From assembly GCF_009914755.1 (NCBI RefSeq), contig NC_060937.1: a stretch of DNA of 64,000 nucleotides; one strand, written 5' to 3'. The notes under the pieces were generated by a model. That model saw nothing but the letters and a program-made list of their open reading frames with translations. It ran no database searches and had not been told where the DNA came from. Below, piece after piece: positions 1 through 13,731 of the stretch (positions are counted from its first letter, which is position 1; every line of letters starts with the position of its first letter). The position numbers and the translations under genes are program-made. Origin of the DNA: the human T2T-CHM13v2.0 reference genome, Homo sapiens.

Positions 1-721
1 GAGATACCTCTATTAATCACAGAAAGATAATATTGATTTTTCATATTAGTAATGTTTGCTACTCATTTGAAATTCAGAAACAAATGAATCATGGTAATAG
101 AGAAATGTTTTTGAAGGAATATCTATGATTAACTTCCATAAATTTAGCTTGCTTTAGTCACACTAAAACTGTGCGATTTCTTCTACATATTTTCACATAT
201 TCAGTTTTTTTGAATCTTATATTATTTTTATTTTTCTCATATCTATGGAATTATTTTTTAACTATAAACTATTAGACCCTCCTAATAAAATAGAAAATAA
301 ATAATTTTCCTATACTATTTTATTTTCTACTTTTTAAAAAAGATAGTCAAGATTCAACTTCCAGAATAGAGAATTTATTCTCACAAAAGAAAAGAATATA
401 TTACCACCTATCCTGCAGATTTTTTCAATAGTTTACTTGGTCTAATTTCCCAAGTTTCTAAGAGAAGAAGTAGTTCTTTTAAACTTTCCCTGGTAACTGG
501 AAAATAACTCTTTCTGTCTAGCATAGAGATCTGGGCATCTAACTGCTACTATATTCATTAATATTAGTACTTGGAAAGTAGTTTATACCATTTCCAATAA
601 CAACATCCACAAAAACTTACTGTATTCTTGTCAAGATCTTTTAACAAGATTTTACTAAATAAGCAAAAACTAAACATGGAATATTCTAATATTCTAATTC
701 TTTCTAACTTTATTGTTTCAT

Positions 722-766
722 ACACACACACACACACACACACACAGACACACACTCACACTCACA
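722..766. repeat. (CA)n microsatellite with a degenerate 3' end
   Basis: acacacac...cagacacacactcacactcaca read directly. Confidence 0.95.
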
Positions 767-1909
767 GAGGTGTCCTCCTCTTGTTCCAAAATCCACAATT
801 CATGACTTCTCCTTTATTATTTAAATTCCTACTTAAGCTCCAACCATAATATCTATAATCCACTTAGCTAGAAAAAAAACCATATTTTTTAAAGTGGAAA
901 GAAATAGTCACCTTAGTTACATTTCCAGTAGCTAGAACACATATCTTTTTTCTTATATTCTAGAATTTAATTATCAGTTGCTGGAAAATATATGTTAGTT
1001 TAGAGAATCAAGCATCCAGCTAGAAATCAGTGATATTATTTCAAAGAAAGGAAGAACACATAATAGAGTGGGCAACAGGGAGTCTCTGCCATGATTATCC
1101 ATTTCGAAGAGGATCTCATAATCTTCCTGAATTATTCATTTCAATGTTAATTTTAGTTCTACTGTCCCTGACTATCCTTAGGCCTGATATAATGGCTTTT
1201 ATAATAGCATTACATTTTACAACTTCTTAAACAAAGTGTATTGATGGTTTTAGTGGTCAAATGCCATGTCCTTTATTTTATGAGTGTATTATTTAGTAAA
1301 TGGCTACATTAGTTCACTTTATTAAGCACAATCCTGCTATCCAAAACCAGCCTAGACTCAACTTTATATGATATAATTGGATTCAAGGGAATCACCATTT
1401 GCCACATTAACTAATTTTCATGCCATTAAGAAACTGTACTATGAATCAAAATATCAGTTTGTCAAATGCAATCAGAAGATGAGTAAGTTTGGTGTCCAAT
1501 CGTTATAGCAGATTGTCAGTTTTAACCATAATGGAAATCTTAGCAAGTCATCCTAGAGTATTTAGTGAAAGACCCTCTAGCATTATTTCAGACATTGCCA
1601 CCTACTAAAGTGTGTTTTAGTGAAATGACTCTCCTCAGGATATCACTTATATGAATAGCAAGGAACCTATTTAAAAGGAATGCTTGAAAGGAAATATTTA
1701 CAATTTTATATCATTTGGTAAAATATTTCTTAATTTTAGGAAAATTATACAGTTAGCTTGGTGAAATAATTGTGTGCATTACGTGACTGTATTTATTTCA
1801 TCCATTATTAGATGCATCAGAATGCTAAGCAGGAAATAATGTCTATTTTATTCTTGACAGGATACTTTGAAATACGTATTGTAAATTGAGCCTGTAATTG
1901 GGGAGATAC

Positions 1910-1968
1910 ATATATATATATATATATATTATACATAGATGTATGCGTGCGTGCGTGTGTGTGTGTGT
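1910..1968. repeat. Compound (TA)n / (GCGT)n / (GT)n microsatellite
   Basis: tatatatata... followed by gcgtgcgtgcgtgtgtgtgtgt. Confidence 0.9.
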
Positions 1969-2974
1969 TTTCTCACCAAAATGGCCCTTGCAATGTTTAG
2001 AATATTAGAATGTACCCTATTTATTGCCATGGAAAAATAACTTTTTTAAGTGCAGAAAAGGCATATTATATTAAATATATTATTGACAGGAATAAATAAA
2101 CGGGTTCCCTTATTGTTTACTAGAAGCTATTGATGTGATAGTAATAGTTTTTACTGTTATAATTAGTATATAGTGGTATATAATTGCTTGAAGGTCATTC
2201 TTAGGGGGATAAAAACAAGTATTACTGCACAATGGTATAGAAACAGTCTCGTTGATTCAAATGGATATGAGTGAATTCATTTCCTTGCCACTTAACAAGC
2301 ATAAAACTAGTAGAATAAGTTCATAGAATAAGACTTCAGTGCTAACAGGAAATAAAAGTGGTTAAAATAAATGAATATATCTTAAATACAATGTGTAGAA
2401 TGGATGCATGTATGACTTCTAATAGTCCTTATGTTTCTAAATAAGTTGTTTTCAAACAAAAAGTGCACAAAGTTTGTGAGGAAAGGTGGGATGATTTCTT
2501 TGATGATTATACTCATTAGTGAGGAAGTAGTAAACATTTTCAGCTCTTTTTTTTTCTTTCTCCAATATTATATTTAAAAAGTTCAAATAAAACTTGGGAA
2601 TGCTATTCTGAATTTATACATCTAAGAATTTATAGCTCTATTCTTCAGTTCTTCAGCAATGTTGTTTCAAGTAGACTTACCACAGTTTGCAATAACAAAT
2701 CACTTTATTTTTAGGATTCGGATGAGTTCAGTATGAAATTGGCCCATAAAAATGTCAAAGTCAGTTGCTATGAAAAATGAAAAGAGCTTTCGAACTGAGC
2801 ATAATATTTTTAACTCAAATAATATTTCAGAATATTTTAATACATAAATTATTCTACACTCTTTTTTCTTGTTGTATATCTACCTACATACATATACATA
2901 TGTGTACCTCTTCAGAAATTAAGAACAAAAAAAGATAATGCATACTAAAGATGTAATTGGAGACATTTTTATAA

Positions 2975-3310
2975 TGAGAGTATTTACAAAAGTGTGGACA
3001 AAATTAAGGGAAACCAGCCGGTGTAGCAAAATTTAAAAACACCATTACCATCTCTAGGCCTGAAGGGGTAAGAGGTCTGTTGGTACCAGACATGGAAAAG
3101 CTAAAGAGGTCGAGCCAGAAGATTACCTGATGTAAACTATCTTTTTCTGAAGATGAATGGGGTGGGGGTATTATCTCCCCTTCAATTGATTGATTCCAAC
3201 AACTAATGTAAACAAAGGTTTAATGCAGTCTATAGTGATCTGCCTTTCAGGGCAGAGAAGAATAAAGTAGACTGAGTTGTTTTGAGAAGAGAAACAGAGT
3301 TTATCTGCTA
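2975..3310. mobile_element. Probable very old ERVL/MaLR-type LTR fragment, family uncertain
   Basis: tttacaaaagtgtggac..aagggaaacc..ccattaccatctctaggcctgaagggg resembles old mammalian LTR consensus from memory. Confidence 0.35.
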
Positions 3311-4604
3311 TAGTCTTTTTATAATTCCATTAGAGGTGTTTCAGAAGCAAGTAAAAGAAATACAACTGAGCAACTGAAACAAGGTTGGGGGAAAAAAAGA
3401 AGAAAAAAAAAAACAGCAACAACCTACATTCCTGGCAGAATTGTTTGGGAATTTCAATTACATTGGGATAAATTTCTGAACCAAAGACTGAGTTCTAGGA
3501 AAAAGTGGGGATTAATCATACTAAATCTCTCAGCCCATCTGTCCATTGCTCATATCTACTTGCGATTTCCTATAATTTCTATAGACAGAATTTTCTCATA
3601 GAGATGGGATGATGACTGCCACTGGCTGCACTCTTCTGTCAACTTAGGGACTATAGGAAAAAATACAATTTTCCCCCAATTCTACTTATTAATGTAAAGG
3701 AAAATTTTGACACACCCAAATTAGATGACTCACTCAGATAATGACATATTACATTGGGAGAGGCGTGCATCATTTAAATCACAGATGACCAAAAATCTTA
3801 CATATTTTGTATGCATTCATTTACATGAATTTACATCAAAAGAGGTACCTAGCCTCTCCTTAATCTGCTTAACTGATCTATTGTACTTTATTTTAACCAC
3901 TCACATGCAGGTAATGTTCTGGCAGTAGTTATAATCAGAGTTCATGTTATCTCTGATGTCAAAGCATAAAATTTAACATCCAATTTTCTGACTACCAGTT
4001 CTTAACCTTATGGCTCTTTGATTAAGCTATCTTAAAACAGTAGTTCTTCAACTACTACAAGATTTAAAATACATGAAACTTTCCAATACTTTAATATTCT
4101 TTAGACATATTCTGGGTTCCTTTTTATTCACTTAGATTATCTGAGATAATCACTTTATATTTTTGGTGAATATACTCACCCTCCACTGTAATAACGTAGT
4201 ATCACTATAAAATCCACTTTATCTCTCTTATACTCTCCTGTAATCACCTAGACTCGCCCTAGATGAACTCAGTTGAATCTGTGTTTGCAAGTAAGTTTTG
4301 CTGGATAAAATAGGTATTTTTAAATAAAAATAAACTTTTATTTATTGACTTCAATACGAGCAGAAAGCACTGCCTGGAAACTGTATGTCATTGCTCCTGT
4401 GGTATGAGCTTTCCATCACCTTAAAGACTATTTCATACTCTTCTAACACTCACATTTCCTCTTCTTGTTCCCTGAGCTTATACCATATCTAAGCTGAAGA
4501 TCCTTTTTTCATGATTTATTAATGAATTTAAACCATCAATTACTAAATATGTTTTCCTTTTATTATATCCAGAGCTCAACCTATATACTTGTCTTCTCTC
4601 ATAC

Positions 4605-5638
<1,034 letters not shown>

Positions 5639-5674
5639 ATATTATTTTTTTTCAAGGAAATACAATTTAAAAAA

Positions 5675-6050
5675 TTTTTATTTTGGATTCAGAGGGTACA
5701 TGTGCAGGTTTGTTACATAGGTCTATTGCATGATACTGAGGTTTGGGGTGCCCATTACCTTGTCACCAGAGTAGCAATCAGAGTACCCAATAGTTTTTCA
5801 GCCCATGCCTACCTTTCTCCCTCTCCCCTCTAGAAGTCCCCAATGTCTATTGTTCCCATATTTATGTCCATGTGTACTCAATTTTTCGTTCTCACCTGTA
5901 AGTGAGAACATGTGGTATTTGGTTTTCTGTTCCTGCTTAGGATAATGGCCTCCAGATCCATCCACATTGCTGCTGTGTAGTAGTCCAAGGCGTATGTGTA
6001 CCACATTTTCTTTATCCAATCCACTGTTGATGGGCATCTAGGTTGATTCC
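5675..6050 (-). mobile_element. L1 3' end (L1PB / L1PA15-16-like)
   Basis: ggtacatgtgcaggtttgttacat, aagtgagaacatgtggtatttggttttctgttcc and gatgggcatctaggttgattcc are the antisense L1 3' end. Confidence 0.9.
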
Positions 6051-6079
6051 GTTATGTCAAAATATGTATTTCTAGTTAA

Positions 6080-6730
6080 GAAACCTTTTCATGTTTTTCC
6101 TGAATGTCTTTGCTTTACTTAGGCCTTTCTAATTCCAGGTAAATTTGTGAACCAATTGATGAAGCATCCTCCAGAATACTCTATTTTTATTTTCTGAAAA
6201 TCACTTGAGTCTATATATTACTTTCTGAAAAATAGACATTTTATAATAATAATTTCTTCATTATATTCTCCACTAATATTTCATAGTTTACTCTTCCTTT
6301 ACTCTCTTTTCTCTTTAAATATTCACTCTGTGTAAAAGTAGACTAACTGGGCACTAACTAAAGTCTCACAAGAATGTAACCATTTGCCTTACCACGTACT
6401 TGCCCCTCTTCCTACATACCTTCTTCACCTTTAAGAAAATATATAAATACTAAACCTCCTGAAAACCTCTTTGGAAAAACCTACCACAAATGCACCTGAG
6501 GTTCTTGTTTTTCCCCAGAGGTGCACTAAAGCTGGTTTAATAAACCTGAATCTTTTGCCTTAGTCACTCATTTCAGTTATGTTTCCACTATAGAGCTGTT
6601 CCTAGATTTATAGTAGCACATTATTTGTTACATTGTAAATTATATTTTTTAAATTAAGTTGATGTTAAATAGAAATGCAAATTGACTGGCATATAGTAAT
6701 TATATGTACAAAACTCTTGCTAAATATGTT
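6080..6730 (-). mobile_element. Old L1M ORF2 fragment, split by an LTR piece
   Basis: Degenerate antisense ORF2-like text (cacttgagtctatatatt..aaaatagacattttataata; aaatagaaatgcaaattgac). Confidence 0.5.
6327..6581 (+). mobile_element. ERV1 MER4-group LTR 3' fragment (MER34/MER39-like, family uncertain)
   Basis: tataaatactaaacctcctgaaaacctctttggaaaaa, then aataaacc and gccttagtcactcatttcagtt; TATA plus polyA layout of an LTR. Confidence 0.6.
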
Positions 6731-6734
6731 TTAA

Positions 6735-8100
6735 TATTTTATTTTAAAATTATTTAGTTTTAAGAAAAGTGGCAAAAATAGTGTGAAGAATTTCTATATA
6801 CCCTTCACTTAGTTTCAGCATCCCTTCATAATAATTGCCTAAAAAATTATGTTGATTGCCAAATAATGATATTCTAAAGCTATCATTCCTTCTACCTGTT
6901 TAATTGAGATTCTACTATAACAAAAATCCAGTTTTTCTCTGATATGTTGTATTCAATTATTTATTTATATCTGTATGGCCCTGTGAATTAGTGGAGTATC
7001 CCAAGGATTATAATTTATTTTATTTTTTTAGTTGATAATCTGATTATTTCATATTTGTCTAGGTGTGTTTCCTCCTGACCTGATGACATTATTATATGCC
7101 CATTTTCTTATTTTCTGTTGCAATATCATTTTCCAGGTCAACTTGTAATGCCCTTGTCCCCGCCCTGGAATTAGTTGTTTATCCAATAATCTTTGATTCC
7201 TTTAAATGAAGAATGACATTTTGAAATTACAGTCTGAATGCTCTATGCTTACTCATTGCTACTGAAATATCTTGGATTCCAGGCAATCAGCAGTCAGAGT
7301 TGTACCCTACTATTATAGAGATGTGTGTGTATGTGTGCTGGTGTGTGTATTCTCTCTCATTCTCTTTCTCTCTTCTATTTATCCCTTCTTGAACAAAAAC
7401 ATGAGTTGATAATTAGATCTGTAATTCCAGACCAATATTTTAAGGTTCATTCTAACATTTCCCTTTTCTCTATAGTAACCACATTTTCCACCTGTGCTAA
7501 ACCTATCTCTTTTCTGCAATGTACTTGTTTTATTAATCTTATAACACACAAATAATATTCATTCTGAATTGCCAACCCATAAAATCTTGGAAAATGAACT
7601 CACTAGCCACAGTTCACATTTGTGTATAGTTCTTTTTCTTCAGCATGATAATATGAAGTCCAAATATTATGTTCAAGAATATTTCTCACTAATTAAATAT
7701 GGCCACTTTATTGATTATAATTTTACTTACATATATTTGCTTTTTTTGTATTCTATTTTTAGTAGTTTATTATCTTTGCTATGTGGGTGTTTGTGTTTGT
7801 AGCAAAACTTCCATGTTCCTAAAGTCAAAATTATTTTTAAAATGTGTTTTTTAATAGTTAAAATAATCAATCCTCTCTACTTCCTATCTCCTCCCAGTTC
7901 GACTCTATTCCTACCCTCTCTTCCCATGTAACCCATCTCACCGGTTCGTTATCATCCGTAAGTTTCCTTTTACACAAAATACAGATAAATGTATGTTTAC
8001 TTACACTTCGTTTTTGCTCACTTGAATGGTAGCATATTATTGATACTCTTTTACAAACTTATTATTTGTTTTGTTTTACTTAATGTGTTTATAAATCACT
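6735..8100 (-). mobile_element. Old L1MC-type 3' UTR region
   Basis: aaaagtggcaaaaatagtgtgaagaatttctatatacccttcac; gccctggaattag..ctttgattcctttaaatgaagaatg. Confidence 0.6.
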
Positions 8101-8159
8101 CCAGTTCACACAACCCTTTAAGTCTTACTTGGTTTTTCATTTCTTTCTTTGACTAAAGC

Positions 8160-8365
8160 TGCAGAGTATTTTAAACTTCTTAATTTAAGAAATAATTTTT
8201 CCATATATTCTCTTTGTTGAGTAAACAATTATACCTTCTGCAAACAGTGAACCTTTTTTGTTTCTTCCTATCAAATCTATATTTTATCTTTTTCTTACCA
8301 TTTATAGCCTACAGCAAAAGATTGCATCTAAACAGGGAATGAGGGCACATTTGTCATGTTCTGAA
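8160..8365 (-). mobile_element. Old L1M ORF2 fragment
   Basis: taccttctgcaaacagtga and gagggcacatttgtcatgttctga resemble the antisense RT region. Confidence 0.55.
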
Positions 8366-8519
8366 GAATTGATTACTTTGCATGAATAGTAAATTTGAGG
8401 CATGGTGTTTGTAACAAGGATGGAAGTGTTCCTAGATGTCTACAGCAGGTCACAGTGATGGAAGAAAAAATACATTCCAGTTCTGGGTGCCTGGTGGCCT
8501 TTTTTTAATTATTCTTTAT

Positions 8520-9395
8520 CATACTCTCTTCTGGCTTGTACCTTATGTTCCACCAAAACTACTCTTGCTAAAGTAACTGATGAACATGTTTCATTCACCC
8601 TACTTTACCAGTAAGGAGCATAAGTAGTTTCATGACACCACACTCCCCTGGTTTTCTTCCTATAAATTTGGCTGCTCCTTCTGTTTTGCAGTTCTTTCTC
8701 TTTGGCCTGACTTCTAGACATGGGAGCTCCCTATGTATCAGTTATGGACCCTCTTCTATACTGACTCTCCACCATCTTCCTAATGATCTCATCAACTTCA
8801 ATGGCTTTATACATATTTTACTTGTGTGTGCCACTCAAATGCATAAGTCAAGCCCAGTCCTTATCTCTGACTTCTAAACTTCTATATCCAACTTTCTTCC
8901 TTATAATTAAATTCAGGTATTTGACTGGCAACTTTAAATTTATTATTTTAACATTTACCACATTTATATTAGTTATAAATCTAACTAATTTAAACCTATT
9001 TCCAAACCACCCCATCTTCCATATTTGACTTTTCTCCAATTTTTCTATATTAATAAATGATAAATCTACCTGCCTTGTTAGCCATACATCTGGCTATATT
9101 TTCCCCCCACCCCATATTCAATACTTTCTAATTCAAATCTGTCAGTCTTCTATCCTTTCCACCCTTCTTATTAAAGCTACCATCATGTCTTGCCAACTGT
9201 ATAATACATCCCCTAGACTGTATCCATGAGTTCTCTCTTATCAACCTCCAAGTATTCTTGCATAGATGATCTTAAACAAACAGCAACAAAAATAACACAA
9301 TGGCTCTTCTTAAAATTGTTTGTTTTCCATGAATATCCCCCTTTTCGAAAACTCCAGGGGACCTACCTAGCACCCTATGAATGTTTGTTGTCTGA
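8520..9395 (+). mobile_element. L2 fragment
   Basis: ttccaccaaaactactcttgctaaagtaac, catgacaccacactcccctggttttcttcc, tgatctcatc..atggcttt. Confidence 0.75.
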
Positions 9396-9620
9396 CTACC
9401 AATCTTGTTTTATGTGCTAAGTTCTTCCTTATTAAACGTTGGTTCTTTTCAAAATGTCTATGTCCTCTTTCCTCAATGTTTTCAATTACAAGAATTTCTT
9501 TTTCTCTGTCCACACACTTGGGAGTGTGTGTGTGTGTATTTATACACATTTAAGCATATGTTTCATTCCATTTTAATAAATATGAAGCCCAATTATTTTT
9601 AAGCATCCATTCTGTGATTA

Positions 9621-10378
9621 TGAAACTGCCTTTGCATAAATTAAAACCATGCAAAAACTAAGGCAGTCAGGGAGATCTGATCTAGCCAGCCCTCATCTTG
9701 CCTTTAGCCTTCAAGCTGTCCTTAATTATTGCTGGGATTGGGCCAAGCGAACTTTGAGAGACATTTAGTTTATAGTTTAAATGATGATAGCCCTTCCCTA
9801 ATATTCGACCACCTTTGTAAATTTAATGAAAGGCCACCAGTGTAGGAGAATGAAAGGAGCCTGAATTCTGCTAAGGTGTAGATGTAAAGGATTGACAGTG
9901 ATCATTCCAGAGGTCACCAGATATGCAACTTCCTCAATTACTCCTGCAGATAACATCACTATTATAGAACCTAAGAGTGGCCTTTTAAGATATATTTTCA
10001 GGGTTTTTGCATGTCTGATAACCAGTGGCTCCACCTGACCCACTCACCAATGGTTCCATGTAGACCCACCAACTTCTCCTCTTGCCTAATCAAGAAAAAG
10101 TTCAGCAGCATGAGAACCATTTCCACATCCCTATGATTGCAACCCCAACCAATCAGCAGCAAGCACCCATTGCCTAGCAAGCTCCACCACTTCCCTCAAA
10201 CTGTCTTTGAAAAACTCTAGCCCCCAAATTCTCAGGCTGATTTGAGTAATAATAACACTCTGGTCTTCCATTTAGCTGGCTCTGCATGAATTAAACTCTT
10301 TCTGTATTGCAATTTCCCTGTTTCGATACATCAGATCTATCTGGGCAGCAGGCAAGAAGAACCTATTGGGCAGTTACA
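9621..10378 (+). mobile_element. LTR8-family (LTR8A-like) solo LTR
   Basis: Starts tgaaactgcctttgca and ends gaacctattgggcagttaca; closely similar to 55281-56010. Confidence 0.93.
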
Positions 10379-10429
10379 CTGAGAATATTTCCTAATTTAT
10401 TAATACTTAACTTTTTATATATGAACATT

Positions 10430-12727
10430 TGATATGGTTTGGCTGTGTCCCCACCCAAATCTTATCTTGAATTGTAGCCCCCATATTCCCCATGTGTTGT
10501 GGGAGGAAGCTGGTGGGAGGTAATTGAATCATGGAGTCGGGTGTTTCCTGTGCTGTTCTCATAATAGTGAGTTCTCAGAAGATTTGATAGTTTTATAAGG
10601 GGCTTTCCCCTTCACTCAGCTCTCCTTCTCTCTCCTGCTGCACTGTGAAGAGGTGCCTTCCACTATGATTGTAGGTTTCCTGAGGCCTCCCTAGCCATGT
10701 GGAACTGTGAGTCAAATAAACCTCTTTTCTTTATACATTACACAGTCTTGGGCAGTTCTTTACAGCAGTGTGAGAAGGGACTAATACAGTGAATTGGTAC
10801 CACACAATGTGGGGTGATACTCTAAAGATACATGAAAATGTGGAAACAACTTTGAAACTAGGTAATAGGTCAAGGTCGGAACAGTTTGGAGGGATCAGAA
10901 AAGGACAAAAAAAAATTGGAAAAGTTTGGAATTTCCTAGAGAGTTGCAGGGCTCAGAAGATGTGGGAAAGTTTGGAACTTCCTGGAGACTTATTGAATGG
11001 TTTGACCAAAATGGTGACAGTGACATGGACAAAGAAGTCTAGGCTGAGGTGGCCTCAGATGGAGATGAGAAACTTCTTGAGTACTGGAGCAAAAGTGACT
11101 CTTGCTATGCTTTAGCATAGAGACTGGTGGCATTTTGACCCTGCCCTAGAGATCTTTGAAACTTCAAATTTGAGAGAGATGATTTAGGGTATCTGGTAGA
11201 AGAAATTTCTAAGTAGCAAAGTGGAAGAGAAAGCAGAGCATAAAAGTTTGGAAGTTTTGCAGCCTGACAGTGTGATAGAAAAGAAAAAACCCATTTTCTC
11301 AGAAGAAATTCAAGAAGGCTGTAGAAATTTGCCTAAATAATGAGGAGTCAAATGTTAATCACTGAGAAAATGGGGACAATGTCTCCAGGCTATGTCAGAG
11401 GTCTTCACAGTAGCCCCTCCTATCACAGGCCCAGAGGCCTAGGAGAGAAAAATGGTTTTGTTTGCCAGGCCCAGGGCCTCACTCCTCTGTCCTCTCCTGG
11501 GGACATAGTGCCCTGTGTCCCAGCCATGGCTAAAAGGGGCCAACAGCTCAGGCTGTTGCTTCAGAGGGTGCAAGCCCCAAACCTTGACAGCTTACATATG
11601 GTGTTCGGCCAGTAAGTGCACAGAAGTAAAGAATTGAGGTTTGAGAACCTCCACCTAGATTTCAGAGGACGTATGGAAATTCCTGGATATACAGGCAGAA
11701 GTTTGCAGTAGGAGTGGAGCCCTCATGGAGAATCTCCACTAGGGCAGGGCAGAAGAGAATTTTGGGGCTGGTCAGAGCCCCCACACAGAGCCCCCACTGG
11801 GACACTGGCTAGTGGGAATCTGTGAGAAGAGGACCTCCATCCTCCAGACCACAGAATGGTAGATCCACTGACAGCTTGCACCATGTGCCTAGAAAAGCCA
11901 CAGGCCCTCAATGCCAGCCCATGAAAGCAGCCAGGAGGGGGGCTGCACCCTGTATAACCACTGAGGCAGAGCTGCCCAAGGCCATGGGAGACCATCTCTT
12001 GAATCAGTTTGACCTGGATGTGAGATACGGAGTCAAAGGAGTTCATTTTGGAACTTTAAGTTTTAATGACTGCCTTATTGGATTTCGGACTTGCCTGGGG
12101 CCTGTGGCCTCTTTGTTTTGGCCAATTTCTCCCATTTGGAATGGCTGTAGTTACCCATGCCTGTACCTCCATTGTGTCTAGGAAATAACTAACTTTCTAT
12201 TGATTTTACAGGCTCCTCGGTGGAAGGGACTTGCCTTGTCTCAGATGAGACTTTGGATTTGGACTTTCAAGTTAATGTTGGAATGAGTCAAGAATTTGAG
12301 GGACTGTTGGAAGGGTATGATTGTGTATTGAATTATGAAGACATGAGATTTGGGAAGGAGCAGGGGCAGAATGGTATGGTTTGGCTGTGTCCCCACCCAA
12401 ATCTCATCTTGAATTGTGGCCCCTATATTCCCCAAGTGCCAAGGAGGGAACCTGGTGAGAGGTAATTGAATCATGGGGGTGGGTTTTTCTTGTGCTGTTC
12501 TCATGATAGTGACTGAGTTCTCATGAGATCTGATGGTTTTATAAGTGGCTTCCCCCACTGCTTGGTTCTCATTCCTCCTTCTGCTTCCCTGTAAAGAGGT
12601 ACCATGATTGTAAATTTTCTGGGTCCTCCTCAGCCATGCAGAACTGTGAGTCAATTAAACCTCTTTTCTTTATAATTACCCAGTCTTGGGCAGTTCTTTA
12701 TAGGAGTGTGGAACTGGCTAATTAACA
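10430..12727 (+). mobile_element. Full-length THE1 (THE1C/D-like) MaLR: LTR 10430-10788, internal 10789-12371, LTR 12372-12727
   Basis: Both LTRs begin tg(a/g)tatggtttggctgtgtccccacccaaatct; typical non-coding MaLR internal region; TSD acatt/ccatt. Confidence 0.95.
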
Positions 12728-13039
12728 CCATTAGATCATAGAATGAATAGCATTGTCTTTCCCTTTAATGACATATTTAAAACCTGTGGTTTGGAAGAGA
12801 GACATTATCAGTAAGAGATTTAATCAATTTCCCATGCAATGACCACTACTATTAAAAGCTCTCTTCTAATTTTTCTATCTAAAATCCCCTACACAGCAAG
12901 AGTAGCAGCATCAGCCACTCCTCAAAGAAGGTATTTTCTTGCCTGATTTAAGTTGTTCTGCTCCTGTTGGTCATCACTGGAGTAAGACACATTCGTAAAT
13001 ATCTAAGTTGCCTCACATGCACATGATTCACATATTTTT

Positions 13040-13255
13040 AATTAAACTTGTTTTACCTTGAGATAATTGTAGATATATTTTCTATTATAAGATCATGCAG
13101 AGACCACCTGCACATAATATAAATCTCTAATGCAGTATCATAACCACGATATTGATGATGGTATAGTCAAGATACAGATTAATTAGTTCCTAACACCATA
13201 GCGTTTTCATAATGCCCTCTTATCTACATTCACCTCTCTTCCCTACTTCTCTGTA
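13040..13255 (-). mobile_element. L1MC1/2-like 3' end fragment
   Basis: ttgagataattgtagat..cagtatcataaccacgatattgat..tatagtcaagatacag. Confidence 0.65.
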
Positions 13256-13426
13256 TTTCCAAACAAAATATTGGCACATGGTCTGACAATAAATTAATGT
13301 CTCTGTGGGGTTAACACATTTATATCAGCATTCTTGTATAATGTAAGTTGTTTTTATCTATACTGTGCGTTGTGATTTGCAATATATCTTGTGAATGAAT
13401 ACTATTAACTAAGCACTTTCTCTGTC

Positions 13427-13610
13427 ACCAGTCAGCACCCTGTAAAAATGCACCAATCAGCACTCTGTGTCTAGCTAAAGATTGTAAACGCACCAATCAG
13501 CACTCTGTAAAATGGACCAATCAGCAGTCTGTAAAATGGACTAATCAGCGCTCTGTAAAATGGACCAATCAGCAGGATGTGGGCAGGGCCAAATAAGGGA
13601 ATAAAAGCTA
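13427..13610 (+). promoter_or_regulatory. LTR12 U3 promoter: CCAAT (NF-Y) cluster and TATA-like aataaaag
   Basis: Four ccaatcag plus two variants (ccagtcag, ctaatcag) upstream of gggaataaaagc; activity cannot be read from sequence. Confidence 0.6.
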
Positions 13611-13731
13611 GCCACCTGAGCCAACAGCGGCAAACCACTAGGGTCCTCTTCCACTCTGTGGAAGCTTTGTTCTTTCACTCTTCACAATAAATCTTGCTGC
13701 TGCTCGCTCTTTGGGTCCACACTAGCTTTAT

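Noticed and set aside
10890-10995. Internal duplication g(g/a)aaagtttggaa(c/t)ttcct in THE1-int
   Set aside because: I recall this as a feature of the THE1C/D internal consensus, so it is not locus-specific. Not verified by alignment.
10789-12465. Chain of + strand ORFs resembling an operon or polyprotein
   Set aside because: They are fragments of the decayed THE1 internal region. The same holds for 36012-37312 in MSTA-int.
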